A stretch of DNA of 64,000 bases from Microcystaceae cyanobacterium (GTDB lineage: Bacteria; Cyanobacteriota; Cyanobacteriia; Cyanobacteriales; Microcystaceae). Below are positions 53,311 to 61,451 of this stretch, in pieces (the first letter of the stretch is position 1; each line of letters starts with the position of its first letter). The position numbers and the translations under genes were made by a program. Location: NCBI GenBank assembly GCA_041746575.1, contig JBGTGT010000116.1, forward strand, positions 1 through 64,000, given 5' to 3'. Under the pieces are notes generated by a model that had not been told where the DNA came from, did no database searches, and saw nothing but the letters and a program-made list of their open reading frames with translations.

Positions 53311-53760
53311 TTATTCAGCTTCTAGTTTAGCGAGTACTCTTAGAATAAACCAAGCGATGACTGTGCCAATTATACCCATTACCCACAAGCCACAACCGAC
53401 TGCCATTCCTAATGCAGATGATATCCAAATTGCGGCTGCCGACGTTAATCCCCGAACCCTAGAACTATGAAAAATCGTTCCTGCACCGATAAACCCAACG
53501 CCTCCAATGATTCCAGCAATGACGCGTCCTAGGGTATCTGGATTTTTTTGAGCGATGCCTAATTCAATAGGAATTAAGACAAAAAGGGCTGAACCAAAAC
53601 TAACTAACATATTTGTTCTTAATCCGGCCGGTTTATCTTTGTCTTCTCTATCTAGTCCAATAATCGCACCGACGATCAATCCTAATCCTAATCTTAAAAA
53701 CAATTCAAAATAAGGAATAGGAGCAATTAAAGTGAGGGTTGATGATGTGTTTTCAAACAT
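53311..53760 (-). CDS. MgtC/SapB family membrane protein
   Basis: GLDRE..KPAGLRT, GVGFIGAGTI and VRGLTSAAAIW. Confidence 0.92.
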   Translation of the reverse strand: MFENTSSTLTLIAPIPYFELFLRLGLGLIVGAIIGLDREDKDKPAGLRTNMLVSFGSALFVLIPIELGIAQKNPDTLGRVIAGIIGGVGFIGAGTIFHSSRVRGLTSAAAIWISSALGMAVGCGLWVMGIIGTVIAWFILRVLAKLEAE

Positions 53761-53844
53761 TTACAAATTGTAATTTAATGTTAACCCGAAATCAACGAAG
53801 TCAAACCTAATCGTTCAACTCTCTTTGATTAAAGCATTTTTAAT

Positions 53845-54075
53845 CGCATGATGGTAAATATATTGGGACTGTAATTGTTGTGCTTGTCAACGACAGTAAA
53901 TATGTAATATTCTTGGATTGTGTAAAAACTGAAGAAGAAAAACAAAAAGTTAAAATGCTTCTTTCAGAAAGAATTTCTCTCAGAGGAATCATAAGATGTT
54001 TGAGAATGTCAATGACTTGGCTCCTAGGATTTGTTAATAGTTTATATTGCTCTGTCCCCTATCGTCTAAAGGTTT
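53845..54075 (+). mobile_element. degenerate IS1-family transposase (InsA-like) remnant
   Basis: EEEKQKVKMLLSERISLRGIIRCLRMSMTWLLGFVNSLY resembles the HTH of cyanobacterial IS1 InsA. A frameshifted Cys-rich stretch lies upstream. No InsB part or terminal repeats are seen. Confidence 0.6.
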
Positions 54076-54503
54076 TAGAGGAAACAGACTTATTTTCTTC
54101 AGATTCCTTTGCCCTTTGCAATAATTCAATTAAGGTTTTAGTGTCTGGTAACGCTTTCATGATTCATCTCCTAAACGGTTAACAATATTTTCCACTCTCA
54201 TTTTATCTCTAAAACAACTCCTAGCATCAGAGATAATCTATTTCCTGCTATCTGTATTTCTTCACTGCTGACTTCTGTAGTAGAGATTAAAGCTGAAGCT
54301 TCATCAAACTATCGTCGCTAATTGACAATAAAAAAGAGAATATTACTCAAATAAGCAAAAAATAGCACTAAAATTGTATTTTCTAAAAATTGAAATAGGG
54401 GAATCCTAACTAAATCAATTCCTTCTGCTGCATTTTGTTCTAATTTGTTCAGTCCTCGCTGAAATCGGTTAATTAAGTCTTGGATTTCAGGGTTTATACT
54501 CAT
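54056..54503 (-). pseudogene. decayed two-gene module (about 115-aa helical protein plus a small downstream partner)
   Basis: The frame continues past the 54318 stop: N*RR*FDEASALISTTEVSSEEIQIAGNRLSLMLGVVLEIK, then a frameshift to RVENIVNRLGDES*. It overlaps (ATGA, 54157-54160) a truncated ORF MKALPDTKTLIELLQRAKESEE. Confidence 0.65.
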
Positions 54504-54565
54504 AGACAGAATAAATGATTAGATAAGGTGAATCTTCAATAATAAAGACCCACCCTAACTTAATC

Positions 54566-57193
54566 CTAACTCAAAACCCCAGCAGGAATCCCTAAAATAT
54601 CCTCAATTTTCGGCATTTCATCCAAAGGAATTACCCGTCCTTCTTCTTCAAATCCTTCAATTTGATCAAAGTTTAAATAACGGTATAATTCCCCCTCAAA
54701 GGGCTGTACTTTTTCCGCTACAATTGATAAATACTCCTCGACCGTTGGGATTTTTCCTAACAAGGCACACACTGCCGCTAATTCAGCAGAGCCAAGATAA
54801 ACCCGCGCGCCTTTGCCCATGCGGTTGTTAAAATTACGGGTAGAGGTAGAGAATACGGTTGCGTTGTCTTCTACTCGCGCTTGGTTGCCCATACAGAGGG
54901 AACATCCCGGCATTTCTGTTCTCGCACCTGCTGCTGCAAAAATACCATACACCCCTTCTTCTCGGAGTTGCTTTTCATCCATGCGAGTGGGGGGACAGAT
55001 CCAGAGACGACCTTTAACCACTCCTGAACCTTCGAGAATCTTAGCGGCGGCACGATAATGCCCGATATTGGTCATACACGAACCAATAAAGACCTCATCT
55101 ACCTTATCTCCGGCACATTCTGACATTAATTTGACGTTATCGGGGTCATTGGGGGCGGCGACGATGGGTTCTTTAATTTTGCTCAAATTGACTTCAATGA
55201 TGTCTGCATATTCAGCATCCTCATCCCCTTCCATCAAGACGGGATTTTTCAGCCATTCTTCCATCTTAGCCGCGCGACGCAACAAGGTTCGGGCATCGGT
55301 GTAACCCCGTGCAACCATGTTTTTAATTAACGCCACATTGGAACGCAAGTATTCAGAAACGGTTTCTTTGCTTAATTTAATAGTACTTCCTGCACAGGAA
55401 CGTTCTGCCGTTGCATCGGTTAATTCAAAAGCCTGTTCTACTTTTAGGTCAGGTAAGCCTTCCATCTCCATAATACGCCCATTGAAGACATTTTGCTTGT
55501 TTTCTTTACCGACGGTTAATTTTCCTTCTTGCATTGCTACCCAAGGAATGGCGTTGACAATATCCCGTAACGTCACACCGGGTTGCAATTCGCCAGTGAA
55601 ACGGACTAAAACAGATTCTGGCATATCTAAGGGCATAACCCCTAATGCGGCGGCAAACGCCACTAAACCGGAACCGGCGGGGAAGGAGATACCCAAGGGG
55701 AAACGGGTATGAGAGTCTCCCCCTGTACCTACCGTATCTGGCATTAACATCCGATTCAACCAAGAATGGATGATACCATCCCCCGGACGCAATGCTACAC
55801 CTCCGCGCGTCGCAAAGAAGTCGGGGAGTTCCTTATGCGTCTTAATATCAACGGGTTTAGGGTAAGCCGCAGTATGACAAAAGCTTTGCAGGGTGAAGTC
55901 TGCGTTAAACCCTAAGCAAGCAAGTTCTTTCAATTCATCCCGTGTCATGGGACCTGTTGTATCTTGAGAGCCTACAGTGGTCATTATGGGTTCGCAGGAT
56001 GCACCGGGACGGACTCCAGGCAATCCACAGGCTTTTCCGACCATTTTTTGCGCTAAAGTGAAGCCTTTTCCCGTATCTTCAGGCATTGCAGAACGTACAA
56101 AGAGGGTACTGGGTTCTAACCCTAACGCTTGACGAGTTTTATCAGTTAAGGCGCGTCCGATAAGGAGGGGTATTCGTCCTCCTGCTCTCACTTCATCGAG
56201 AATTGTGTCAGGTTTGAGGGTAAAGCTTGAGATAACTTCGGAAGAATTGCCATTCGCCTCTGCCCGTGTAATTTTCCCTTCGTAAGGATAAATGGTAATC
56301 ACATCCCCTGTTTCCAGTTTGGTGACATCGCATTCAATGGGGAGTGCGCCGGAGTCTTCCGCCGTATTAAAGAAAATGGGGGCAATTTTACTGCCCAAAA
56401 TATAGCCTCCTGCCCGTTTATTAGGGACAAAAGGGATATCATGACCAATATGCCATAAAACGGAATTAATGGCAGACTTACGGGAAGATCCTGTTCCTAC
56501 GACATCTCCAACATAAGCAATAGGATGACCTTTTTCTTTCAATTTAGCAATGGTTGCAATGCCGTCGGGCATTCTCGATTCTAACATCACTAAGGCGTGT
56601 AAAGGAATGTCGGGGCGCGTGGTTGCGTGGGGTGCTGGGGATAAATCATCAGTATTGGTTTCACCTGGAACTTTAAACACCGTCACGGTGATACTTTCGG
56701 GGAGTTTGCGTTTGCTGATAAACCATGCCCCAGTTGCCCAAGCGTCGATAACTTGTTTAGCATAAGGGTTAGTATCCGCTAAGTCTAAAACATCATTAAA
56801 GGCATCAAATACTAAGAGCGTCTTGCTCAAGGCGGATGCGGCGGCGGAAGTAATATTACTATCCTTAGATTTGAGCAAATTCACTAAGGATTGCACATTA
56901 TAGCCTCCCATCATGGTACCCAGTAAGTCTACTGCACCTTGACGGGAAATAAGGGGACAGGTAATTTCACCTTTGGCAACTCCTGTGAGAAATCCTGCTT
57001 TAACATAGGCAGCTTCATCCACTCCGGGGGGGATACGGTCACGGAGAAGCATTAAGAGTTCTTCTTTCAGGTCCTCTGGGGGATTTTTGAGCATTTCACA
57101 CAATTCTGATGCCTGTTGAGCGGTTAGCGGTAAGGGAGGAATACCTAAGTTAGCTCTTTCTTGGGTGTGTTTGCGGTAGTCGTCTAGGAACAT
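54566..57193 (-). CDS. acnB: aconitate hydratase B
   Basis: [37 protein letters not shown] and GCSLCMGNQ. Start ATG 57193 with AAGGAG RBS. Confidence 0.98.
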   Translation of the reverse strand: MFLDDYRKHTQERANLGIPPLPLTAQQASELCEMLKNPPEDLKEELLMLLRDRIPPGVDEAAYVKAGFLTGVAKGEITCPLISRQGAVDLLGTMMGGYNVQSLVNLLKSKDSNITSAAASALSKTLLVFDAFNDVLDLADTNPYAKQVIDAWATGAWFISKRKLPESITVTVFKVPGETNTDDLSPAPHATTRPDIPLHALVMLESRMPDGIATIAKLKEKGHPIAYVGDVVGTGSSRKSAINSVLWHIGHDIPFVPNKRAGGYILGSKIAPIFFNTAEDSGALPIECDVTKLETGDVITIYPYEGKITRAEANGNSSEVISSFTLKPDTILDEVRAGGRIPLLIGRALTDKTRQALGLEPSTLFVRSAMPEDTGKGFTLAQKMVGKACGLPGVRPGASCEPIMTTVGSQDTTGPMTRDELKELACLGFNADFTLQSFCHTAAYPKPVDIKTHKELPDFFATRGGVALRPGDGIIHSWLNRMLMPDTVGTGGDSHTRFPLGISFPAGSGLVAFAAALGVMPLDMPESVLVRFTGELQPGVTLRDIVNAIPWVAMQEGKLTVGKENKQNVFNGRIMEMEGLPDLKVEQAFELTDATAERSCAGSTIKLSKETVSEYLRSNVALIKNMVARGYTDARTLLRRAAKMEEWLKNPVLMEGDEDAEYADIIEVNLSKIKEPIVAAPNDPDNVKLMSECAGDKVDEVFIGSCMTNIGHYRAAAKILEGSGVVKGRLWICPPTRMDEKQLREEGVYGIFAAAGARTEMPGCSLCMGNQARVEDNATVFSTSTRNFNNRMGKGARVYLGSAELAAVCALLGKIPTVEEYLSIVAEKVQPFEGELYRYLNFDQIEGFEEEGRVIPLDEMPKIEDILGIPAGVLS

Positions 57194-57340
57194 GATCAAT
57201 TTTGTTCTCCTTCTGGGTAATCTGTAATTATGCCTTCGTTACTTTATTGTAAAAGGAAGCCTTTGAATAGTTACAGGCAAACACCTGCATAAAGTCATCA
57301 CTTGTTTATAAGTTACAATTTTTGGAGTCACATCAACATT

Positions 57341-57628
57341 ATGAAAAAATTCTTAATTCTAATGGGAATTGGTGTGGGCATATTTTTTGCTTTTAAAGAT
57401 AATCAATTGCCTTTGTTAAGTACGGTTTCTAAACCTATTCAAAATAGTGGTCTTAAACCTGATTGTCAAATAAAAGGCAATATCTCTATTAGTAGTGGTA
57501 AAAAAATCTATCATGTGCTGGGGCAAGAAGACTATGAAAATACGAGAATTCAACCTGAGCATGGAGAAAGATATTTCTGCACAGAAGAAGAAGCAAGGCA
57601 AGCAGGATGGGTAAAAGCACCAAGGTAA
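57341..57628 (+). CDS. small membrane-anchored protein with a stand-alone nuclease-associated CxIKGNI...FC(T/S)EEEA..AGW domain
   Basis: N-terminal TM or signal helix followed by DCQIKGNISISSGKKIYH...ERYFCTEEEARQAGW. Confidence 0.75.
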   Translation: MKKFLILMGIGVGIFFAFKDNQLPLLSTVSKPIQNSGLKPDCQIKGNISISSGKKIYHVLGQEDYENTRIQPEHGERYFCTEEEARQAGWVKAPR

Positions 57629-57810
57629 GAGGGCTAAAATTAGCTGTGTTGTTACCAGTTTACTGAGTTTCTGAGGGTTTGCACTTTGTAGGGTTAGATA
57701 GTTGTGTCAAGAGGGGTTGATATAAATATTTTTCTGCTGGTAGTAATAGCTAAAGTGATTTTGGGCATTCTTTAGATTGAGACATTATAATCAAAGGAAA
57801 GGTTATATAA

Positions 57811-58632
57811 ATGAATTCTCTAAGAGGTATTCAAAAGCCTAAAAACTGGAATCAAATTCTTGATTCTTTCAGTGCATGTGATGTACCTTATGCCTATATT
57901 GTAGCTTATTATATTTCTAGATTTGATAAAAAAGCTTATGAAAAACTAGCATTGGGTAATCATACTGAAACTCATGATGCAATTGGAAAAATTTTAGGAA
58001 TTAAGGCTAATACTATTAAAAACCATCGGGACGCATTTGATCCTTACCATGATAATCCTCGAAAAGGTTGGTATCAACGAGAATTATGGCGAGTTGAACG
58101 AGAAGTATATGAAGGATTCAATGTTTATTCCCACGAAGAACTCTATGCAATAGTTCGTCAAATTCTAGACACACCTCAGTATTCTCTTGAATTAATTTTC
58201 ACTTTAGTAAGTCAGGATAAGGATAAATATTATCTTATTGATAGTCAACCATATTTTCCATTAACTGAAGAATTTGTCAATGAATGTGAAAACAAAACTT
58301 TTTATGAAGGAGCAAAACAAACCATTACAGTCAATCGTTATGAAAGAAATAATCAAGCTCGTCAACAATGTATTGAATATTATGGAACAAGTTGTTATAT
58401 TTGTGGATTTGATTTTGAACAAGCTTTTGGAGAACTAGGAAAAGGATTTATTCATGTTCATCATTTAATCCCTTTATCTGAAATTAATCAAGAGTATCAA
58501 ATTAATTCCATTAAAGATTTACGTCCAGTTTGTCCTAATTGTCACGCAATAATTCATAAAAAGAATCCACCCTTTAGCATTGAAGAAATGAAAACTATTT
58601 TGAACAAAAATTTTCAACATAACGATCAATAA
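57811..58632 (+). CDS. McrA-like HNH endonuclease (candidate type IV restriction)
   Basis: EGAK..ITVNRYERN..AR..C, CYICGFDF, IHVHH and CPNCH; AT-rich. Confidence 0.85.
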   Translation: MNSLRGIQKPKNWNQILDSFSACDVPYAYIVAYYISRFDKKAYEKLALGNHTETHDAIGKILGIKANTIKNHRDAFDPYHDNPRKGWYQRELWRVEREVYEGFNVYSHEELYAIVRQILDTPQYSLELIFTLVSQDKDKYYLIDSQPYFPLTEEFVNECENKTFYEGAKQTITVNRYERNNQARQQCIEYYGTSCYICGFDFEQAFGELGKGFIHVHHLIPLSEINQEYQINSIKDLRPVCPNCHAIIHKKNPPFSIEEMKTILNKNFQHNDQ

Positions 58633-58646
58633 TAATCTCAAAATCT

Positions 58647-58681
58647 CTCAAAACTTTGATAAGGGATGCTTGTTTAAGGAT
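58647..58681 (+). repeat. ~35-bp inter-module repeat, copy 1
   Basis: CTCAAAACTTTGATAAGGGATGCTTGTTTAAGGAT; 33/35 identical to 60406-60440. Confidence 0.85.
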
Positions 58682-58756
58682 GTGGGGATATGGGGTGCAC
58701 TCTGCTTGTCTAAAGTGATAAAATAGCGACAATGTTTAATCCCAAAAACTGAAAAC

Positions 58757-59098
58757 ATGGCAAGATTACCTGATAACCTTCTACAAACCATTTTTTTACT
58801 TCTTCAAAAACTATCACAATTGGTTGATGATGCAACAACTGCAGAATATTTACTATTTGAGCGTTTTGGAGAAACTAATGAAACAGTAAACGCGTTAGAC
58901 GAATTAAAAAACGTTGCGCTAGAAGCAGCATCTCGTTACTCTCAACTTTCCACCTTACGATTAAGGATAGCAGAAGCTCAACCCTACTTATCCAATGATA
59001 TGATACAATTGCTAGAGAGAACCATTAATCAAAATCAACTGAAGATTCCAGCAATGGAACGCAGTCTTGAAGAAATTAAAATTGAATGGAGTTTATGA
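58757..59098 (+). CDS. hypothetical helical protein (first gene of a coupled pair)
   Basis: 113 aa; its stop overlaps the next ATG. Confidence 0.75.
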   Translation: MARLPDNLLQTIFLLLQKLSQLVDDATTAEYLLFERFGETNETVNALDELKNVALEAASRYSQLSTLRLRIAEAQPYLSNDMIQLLERTINQNQLKIPAMERSLEEIKIEWSL

Positions 59099-59295
59099 TG
59101 AACGAACAACCTGCTATTCCTAATCAAGAAACAAGAAAACAACTGGTTATAAATTTACGTCAAACTCGTTTAAACTTGCAAGATTTTGGCTTGCAGTTAG
59201 AAGAATTATTAGCAGGAGTTGAAAAAGAAATTAGAAAACAAAAATCAAAAAGATTAGAACAATATAAACAAAATTTACCTGTTAATTTTCCTTGA
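59095..59295 (+). CDS. small coiled-coil hypothetical protein (second gene of the pair)
   Basis: ATGA overlap; LRQTRLNLQDFGLQLEELLA. Confidence 0.7.
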   Translation: MMNEQPAIPNQETRKQLVINLRQTRLNLQDFGLQLEELLAGVEKEIRKQKSKRLEQYKQNLPVNFP

Positions 59296-59308
59296 ATATT
59301 CAGCCCTA

Positions 59309-59427
59309 TAAGCTGTTCATCATCTAAATTGGTATGTAAAGACAAGAGAACAGGGAACGGGAAACAGTGAGGGTTATCAGTTTTTTTACTAATTTGAGAA
59401 TACCCAGTTTAATTGCACAACAGCTTA
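59309..59427. mobile_element. MITE-like element with ~27-bp imperfect terminal inverted repeats
   Basis: Left end TAAGCTGTTCATCATCTAAATTGGTAT; reverse complement of the right end TAAGCTGTTGTGCAATTAAACTGGGTAT. Internal AGGGAAC-type heptamers; non-coding. Confidence 0.65.
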
Positions 59428-59436
59428 AAACTATAT

Positions 59437-59529
59437 GATCTTATTCGGATTATTTCATTAAGGAAAGCATTAAAACATGAACGAATCAAATTTGAGAAAA
59501 ACATCCGCAACCAATTGGGAGAAAATTGA
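59437..59529 (+). pseudogene. 5'-truncated BrnT toxin remnant 1
   Basis: DLIRIISLRKALKHERIKFEKNIRNQLGEN* overlaps the BrnA start; the N-terminus is absent and the MITE-like element abuts it. Confidence 0.75.
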
Positions 59530-59740
59530 TCAAATGACAGATGAGGAAATTGACACATCTGATATTCCTCCCTTAGATGATAATTTCTTTGCTAATGCAA
59601 CTCTAAGAATGCCCAAAAAGAAAATTTCTGTTACCCTTGAAGTTGATCAAGATATTTGGGAATGGTTTTCTGCACAAGGAGAACAATGTCAACCCCAAAT
59701 TAATCAAGCTTTAAAATTGTACGCTAAAGAACATCAATAA
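59477..59740 (+). CDS. BrnA-family antitoxin
   Basis: TNWEKIDQMTDEEIDTSDIPPL...VTLEVDQDIWEWF...INQALKLY. Confidence 0.88.
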   Translation: MNESNLRKTSATNWEKIDQMTDEEIDTSDIPPLDDNFFANATLRMPKKKISVTLEVDQDIWEWFSAQGEQCQPQINQALKLYAKEHQ

Positions 59741-59754
59741 GGGGAAATACGTCG

Positions 59755-59979
59755 ACGAGTAAACCTAATTTTAACACCATGAATCTTAAAGAGTTGCGGA
59801 CTTATGTTTTATCTCATCGAGAGGATGATGAGGCTTTTTATACCTTTGTTGATAGAGTTGATAAAGAGAAGACTTAGAAAACTTATCCACCAATGGAGTC
59901 AGTCGAAGATATGAATCAATATCCTGAAGTTTTAGAGAAGTTAAAACAAGATTCAGGAAGAAAAATTCCTGCAAATTAA
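59755..59979 (+). pseudogene. DUF6887-like pseudogene
   Basis: (ACG)SKPNFNTMNLKELRTYVLSHREDDEAFYTFVDRVDKEKT*KTYPP..., with a mutated start codon and an internal TAG at 59875. Confidence 0.7.
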
Positions 59980-60067
59980 AATATCATGAATATTTAGCTT
60001 TAGTCGGTGTATTGGCTAGTAAAGTTATGACAAGTGTTCCTAAATTCAACAATGGAGATTAGTTTAT

Positions 60068-60169
60068 CGTGTTTTATTAGTCTCTTATACAGAAAGGGGA
60101 GATATCATAAGAATTATTAGTGCTAGACCTGTTACTAAACGAGAACTTAAAGCTTATCAAGGAGGTTAA
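60068..60169 (+). pseudogene. 5'-truncated BrnT toxin remnant 2
   Basis: RVLLVSYTERGDIIRIISARPVTKRELKAYQGG*; no N-terminal half upstream. Confidence 0.78.
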
Positions 60170-60173
60170 AATA

Positions 60174-60371
60174 ATGGAAGATGAACTAAGAGATGAATAC
60201 GACTTAACCCTTCTAAAAGTCAGAAAAATGGGTTCTCAGCGTAAAAGCTTTGGTGAGACAATTATTAAATTAGATTTAGATGTTGCTGAGGTTTTTCCGA
60301 ATGCTGAATCTGTGAATGAAGCTTTGCGATTTCTAATTAGAATTGCTAGAGACAATCAGGCGACATTTTAG
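60174..60371 (+). CDS. BrnA-like antitoxin
   Basis: MEDELRDEYDL...LDLDVAEVFPNAESVNEALRFLI; GGAGG RBS; follows the BrnT remnant. Confidence 0.8.
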   Translation: MEDELRDEYDLTLLKVRKMGSQRKSFGETIIKLDLDVAEVFPNAESVNEALRFLIRIARDNQATF

Positions 60372-60405
60372 TAGATGAAAACTAATATAATAACCCTAAA
60401 ATTAT

Positions 60406-60440
60406 CTCAAAACTTTGACAAGGGATGTTTGTTTAAGGAT
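60406..60440 (+). repeat. ~35-bp inter-module repeat, copy 2
   Basis: CTCAAAACTTTGACAAGGGATGTTTGTTTAAGGAT, followed by HIP1 at 60447-60454. Confidence 0.85.
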
Positions 60441-60509
60441 ATGAGGGCGATCGCTTTGCATTGTCTTCGATAACGCTATTATTATTATGTATCAGTGTTT
60501 TGCCTCATT

Positions 60510-60734
60510 ATGCCCAAAAAAGTCAGAGAATTAAAACGTTTGCTACAAAAAGCAGGTTTTGTCTATCGTTCAGCAAAAGGGAGTCATAGTCGCTGGTATC
60601 ATCCCCTATTACCTCAAGATCCAATTACAATATCAGGTAAAGATGGAGATGATGCAAGACAGTATCTCGAAAAACAAGTTAAAGAAACCCTTGCTAAACT
60701 CAAAGAAATTCAAAATCAGGAGTCAGAATCATGA
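60510..60734 (+). CDS. hicA: HicA toxin
   Basis: MPKKVRELKRLLQKAGF...KGSHSRWYHP; ATGA overlap with hicB. Confidence 0.92.
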   Translation: MPKKVRELKRLLQKAGFVYRSAKGSHSRWYHPLLPQDPITISGKDGDDARQYLEKQVKETLAKLKEIQNQESES

Positions 60735-60949
60735 AATTACCTTATACAATTGTTATTCAATGGAGTGATGAAGATCAATGTTATCTCGTTCACCTACCCG
60801 AATTTCCTTCCCAACCCTTTCACACTCATGGAGATACTTACGAAGAAGCGATTAAAAATGCTCAAGAAGTCTTAGAATTATTGATAGAAGAATATCAAGA
60901 AGATGGAAAACCTTTACCTCAGCCTTTAGAGTCTTTTGTAACTTTTTAA
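60731..60949 (+). CDS. hicB: HicB antitoxin (short form)
   Basis: YTIVIQWSDEDQCYLVHLPEF...THGDTYEEAIKNAQEVL...LPQP. Confidence 0.92.
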   Translation: MKLPYTIVIQWSDEDQCYLVHLPEFPSQPFHTHGDTYEEAIKNAQEVLELLIEEYQEDGKPLPQPLESFVTF

Positions 60950-60987
60950 AATGAGCATCAATTCCTATTTAAAAATCCTAAAAATAA

Positions 60988-61019
60988 CTTAAAACTTTGA
61001 TAAGCAATGCTTTTTAGGA
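60988..61019 (+). repeat. inter-module repeat, degenerate copy 3
   Basis: CTTAAAACTTTGATAAGCAATGCTTTTTAGGA, just after hicB. Confidence 0.65.
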
Positions 61020-61181
61020 ACGTATCTGTTGTGGGAATTTAGGAAGGCGATTTACTTTATTATCATTTTATTTGCAACGCAGTAAAAAGCAGTTACAATA
61101 AAGATAATTTTTAGATAGTAACAACTTAACCTATTAACGAGCTTGAAACGAGAGTGCGAAATCGTCTCGATATCCACCTTA

Positions 61182-61319
61182 CCTTGCTTTGAAAAGTTAA
61201 CAGAAGACTTAACCGGAGCATATTCTCTTAGAATTAATAGAAAACATCGCTTAGTATCTAAAATTCTTGAGGAGAAAAGAATCGTCAAAATTATTAGAAC
61301 GTAGGCACATTATGAGTAA
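61182..61319 (+). pseudogene. Txe/YoeB toxin remnant
   Basis: PCFEKLTEDLTGAYSLRINRKHRLVSKILEEKRIVKIIRT*AHYE* is a YoeB C-terminal half with a premature TAG; the N-terminus and YefM are missing. Confidence 0.78.
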
Positions 61320-61451
61320 AAGTGTCGTCATAAAAATATCTTCAAACTCCCTCGGATAAACATTTTATTCAAGTTGGAAATTAAAAAGAGTTGTATCTTA
61401 AAACATTGAGTAGAATTGAAGTAATCGGTTGCGAAATACGGATAATTAGTA

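Noticed and set aside
54813..56765. Multiple antisense ORFs over acnB (similarly over atpD, atpC, efp and pilJ)
   Set aside because: These are shadow ORFs of well-conserved genes and show no recognisable motifs.
58647..61019. The 35-bp repeat as a CRISPR array
   Set aside because: Copies are about 0.6-1.8 kb apart with whole genes between them. There are no regular spacers and no cas genes.
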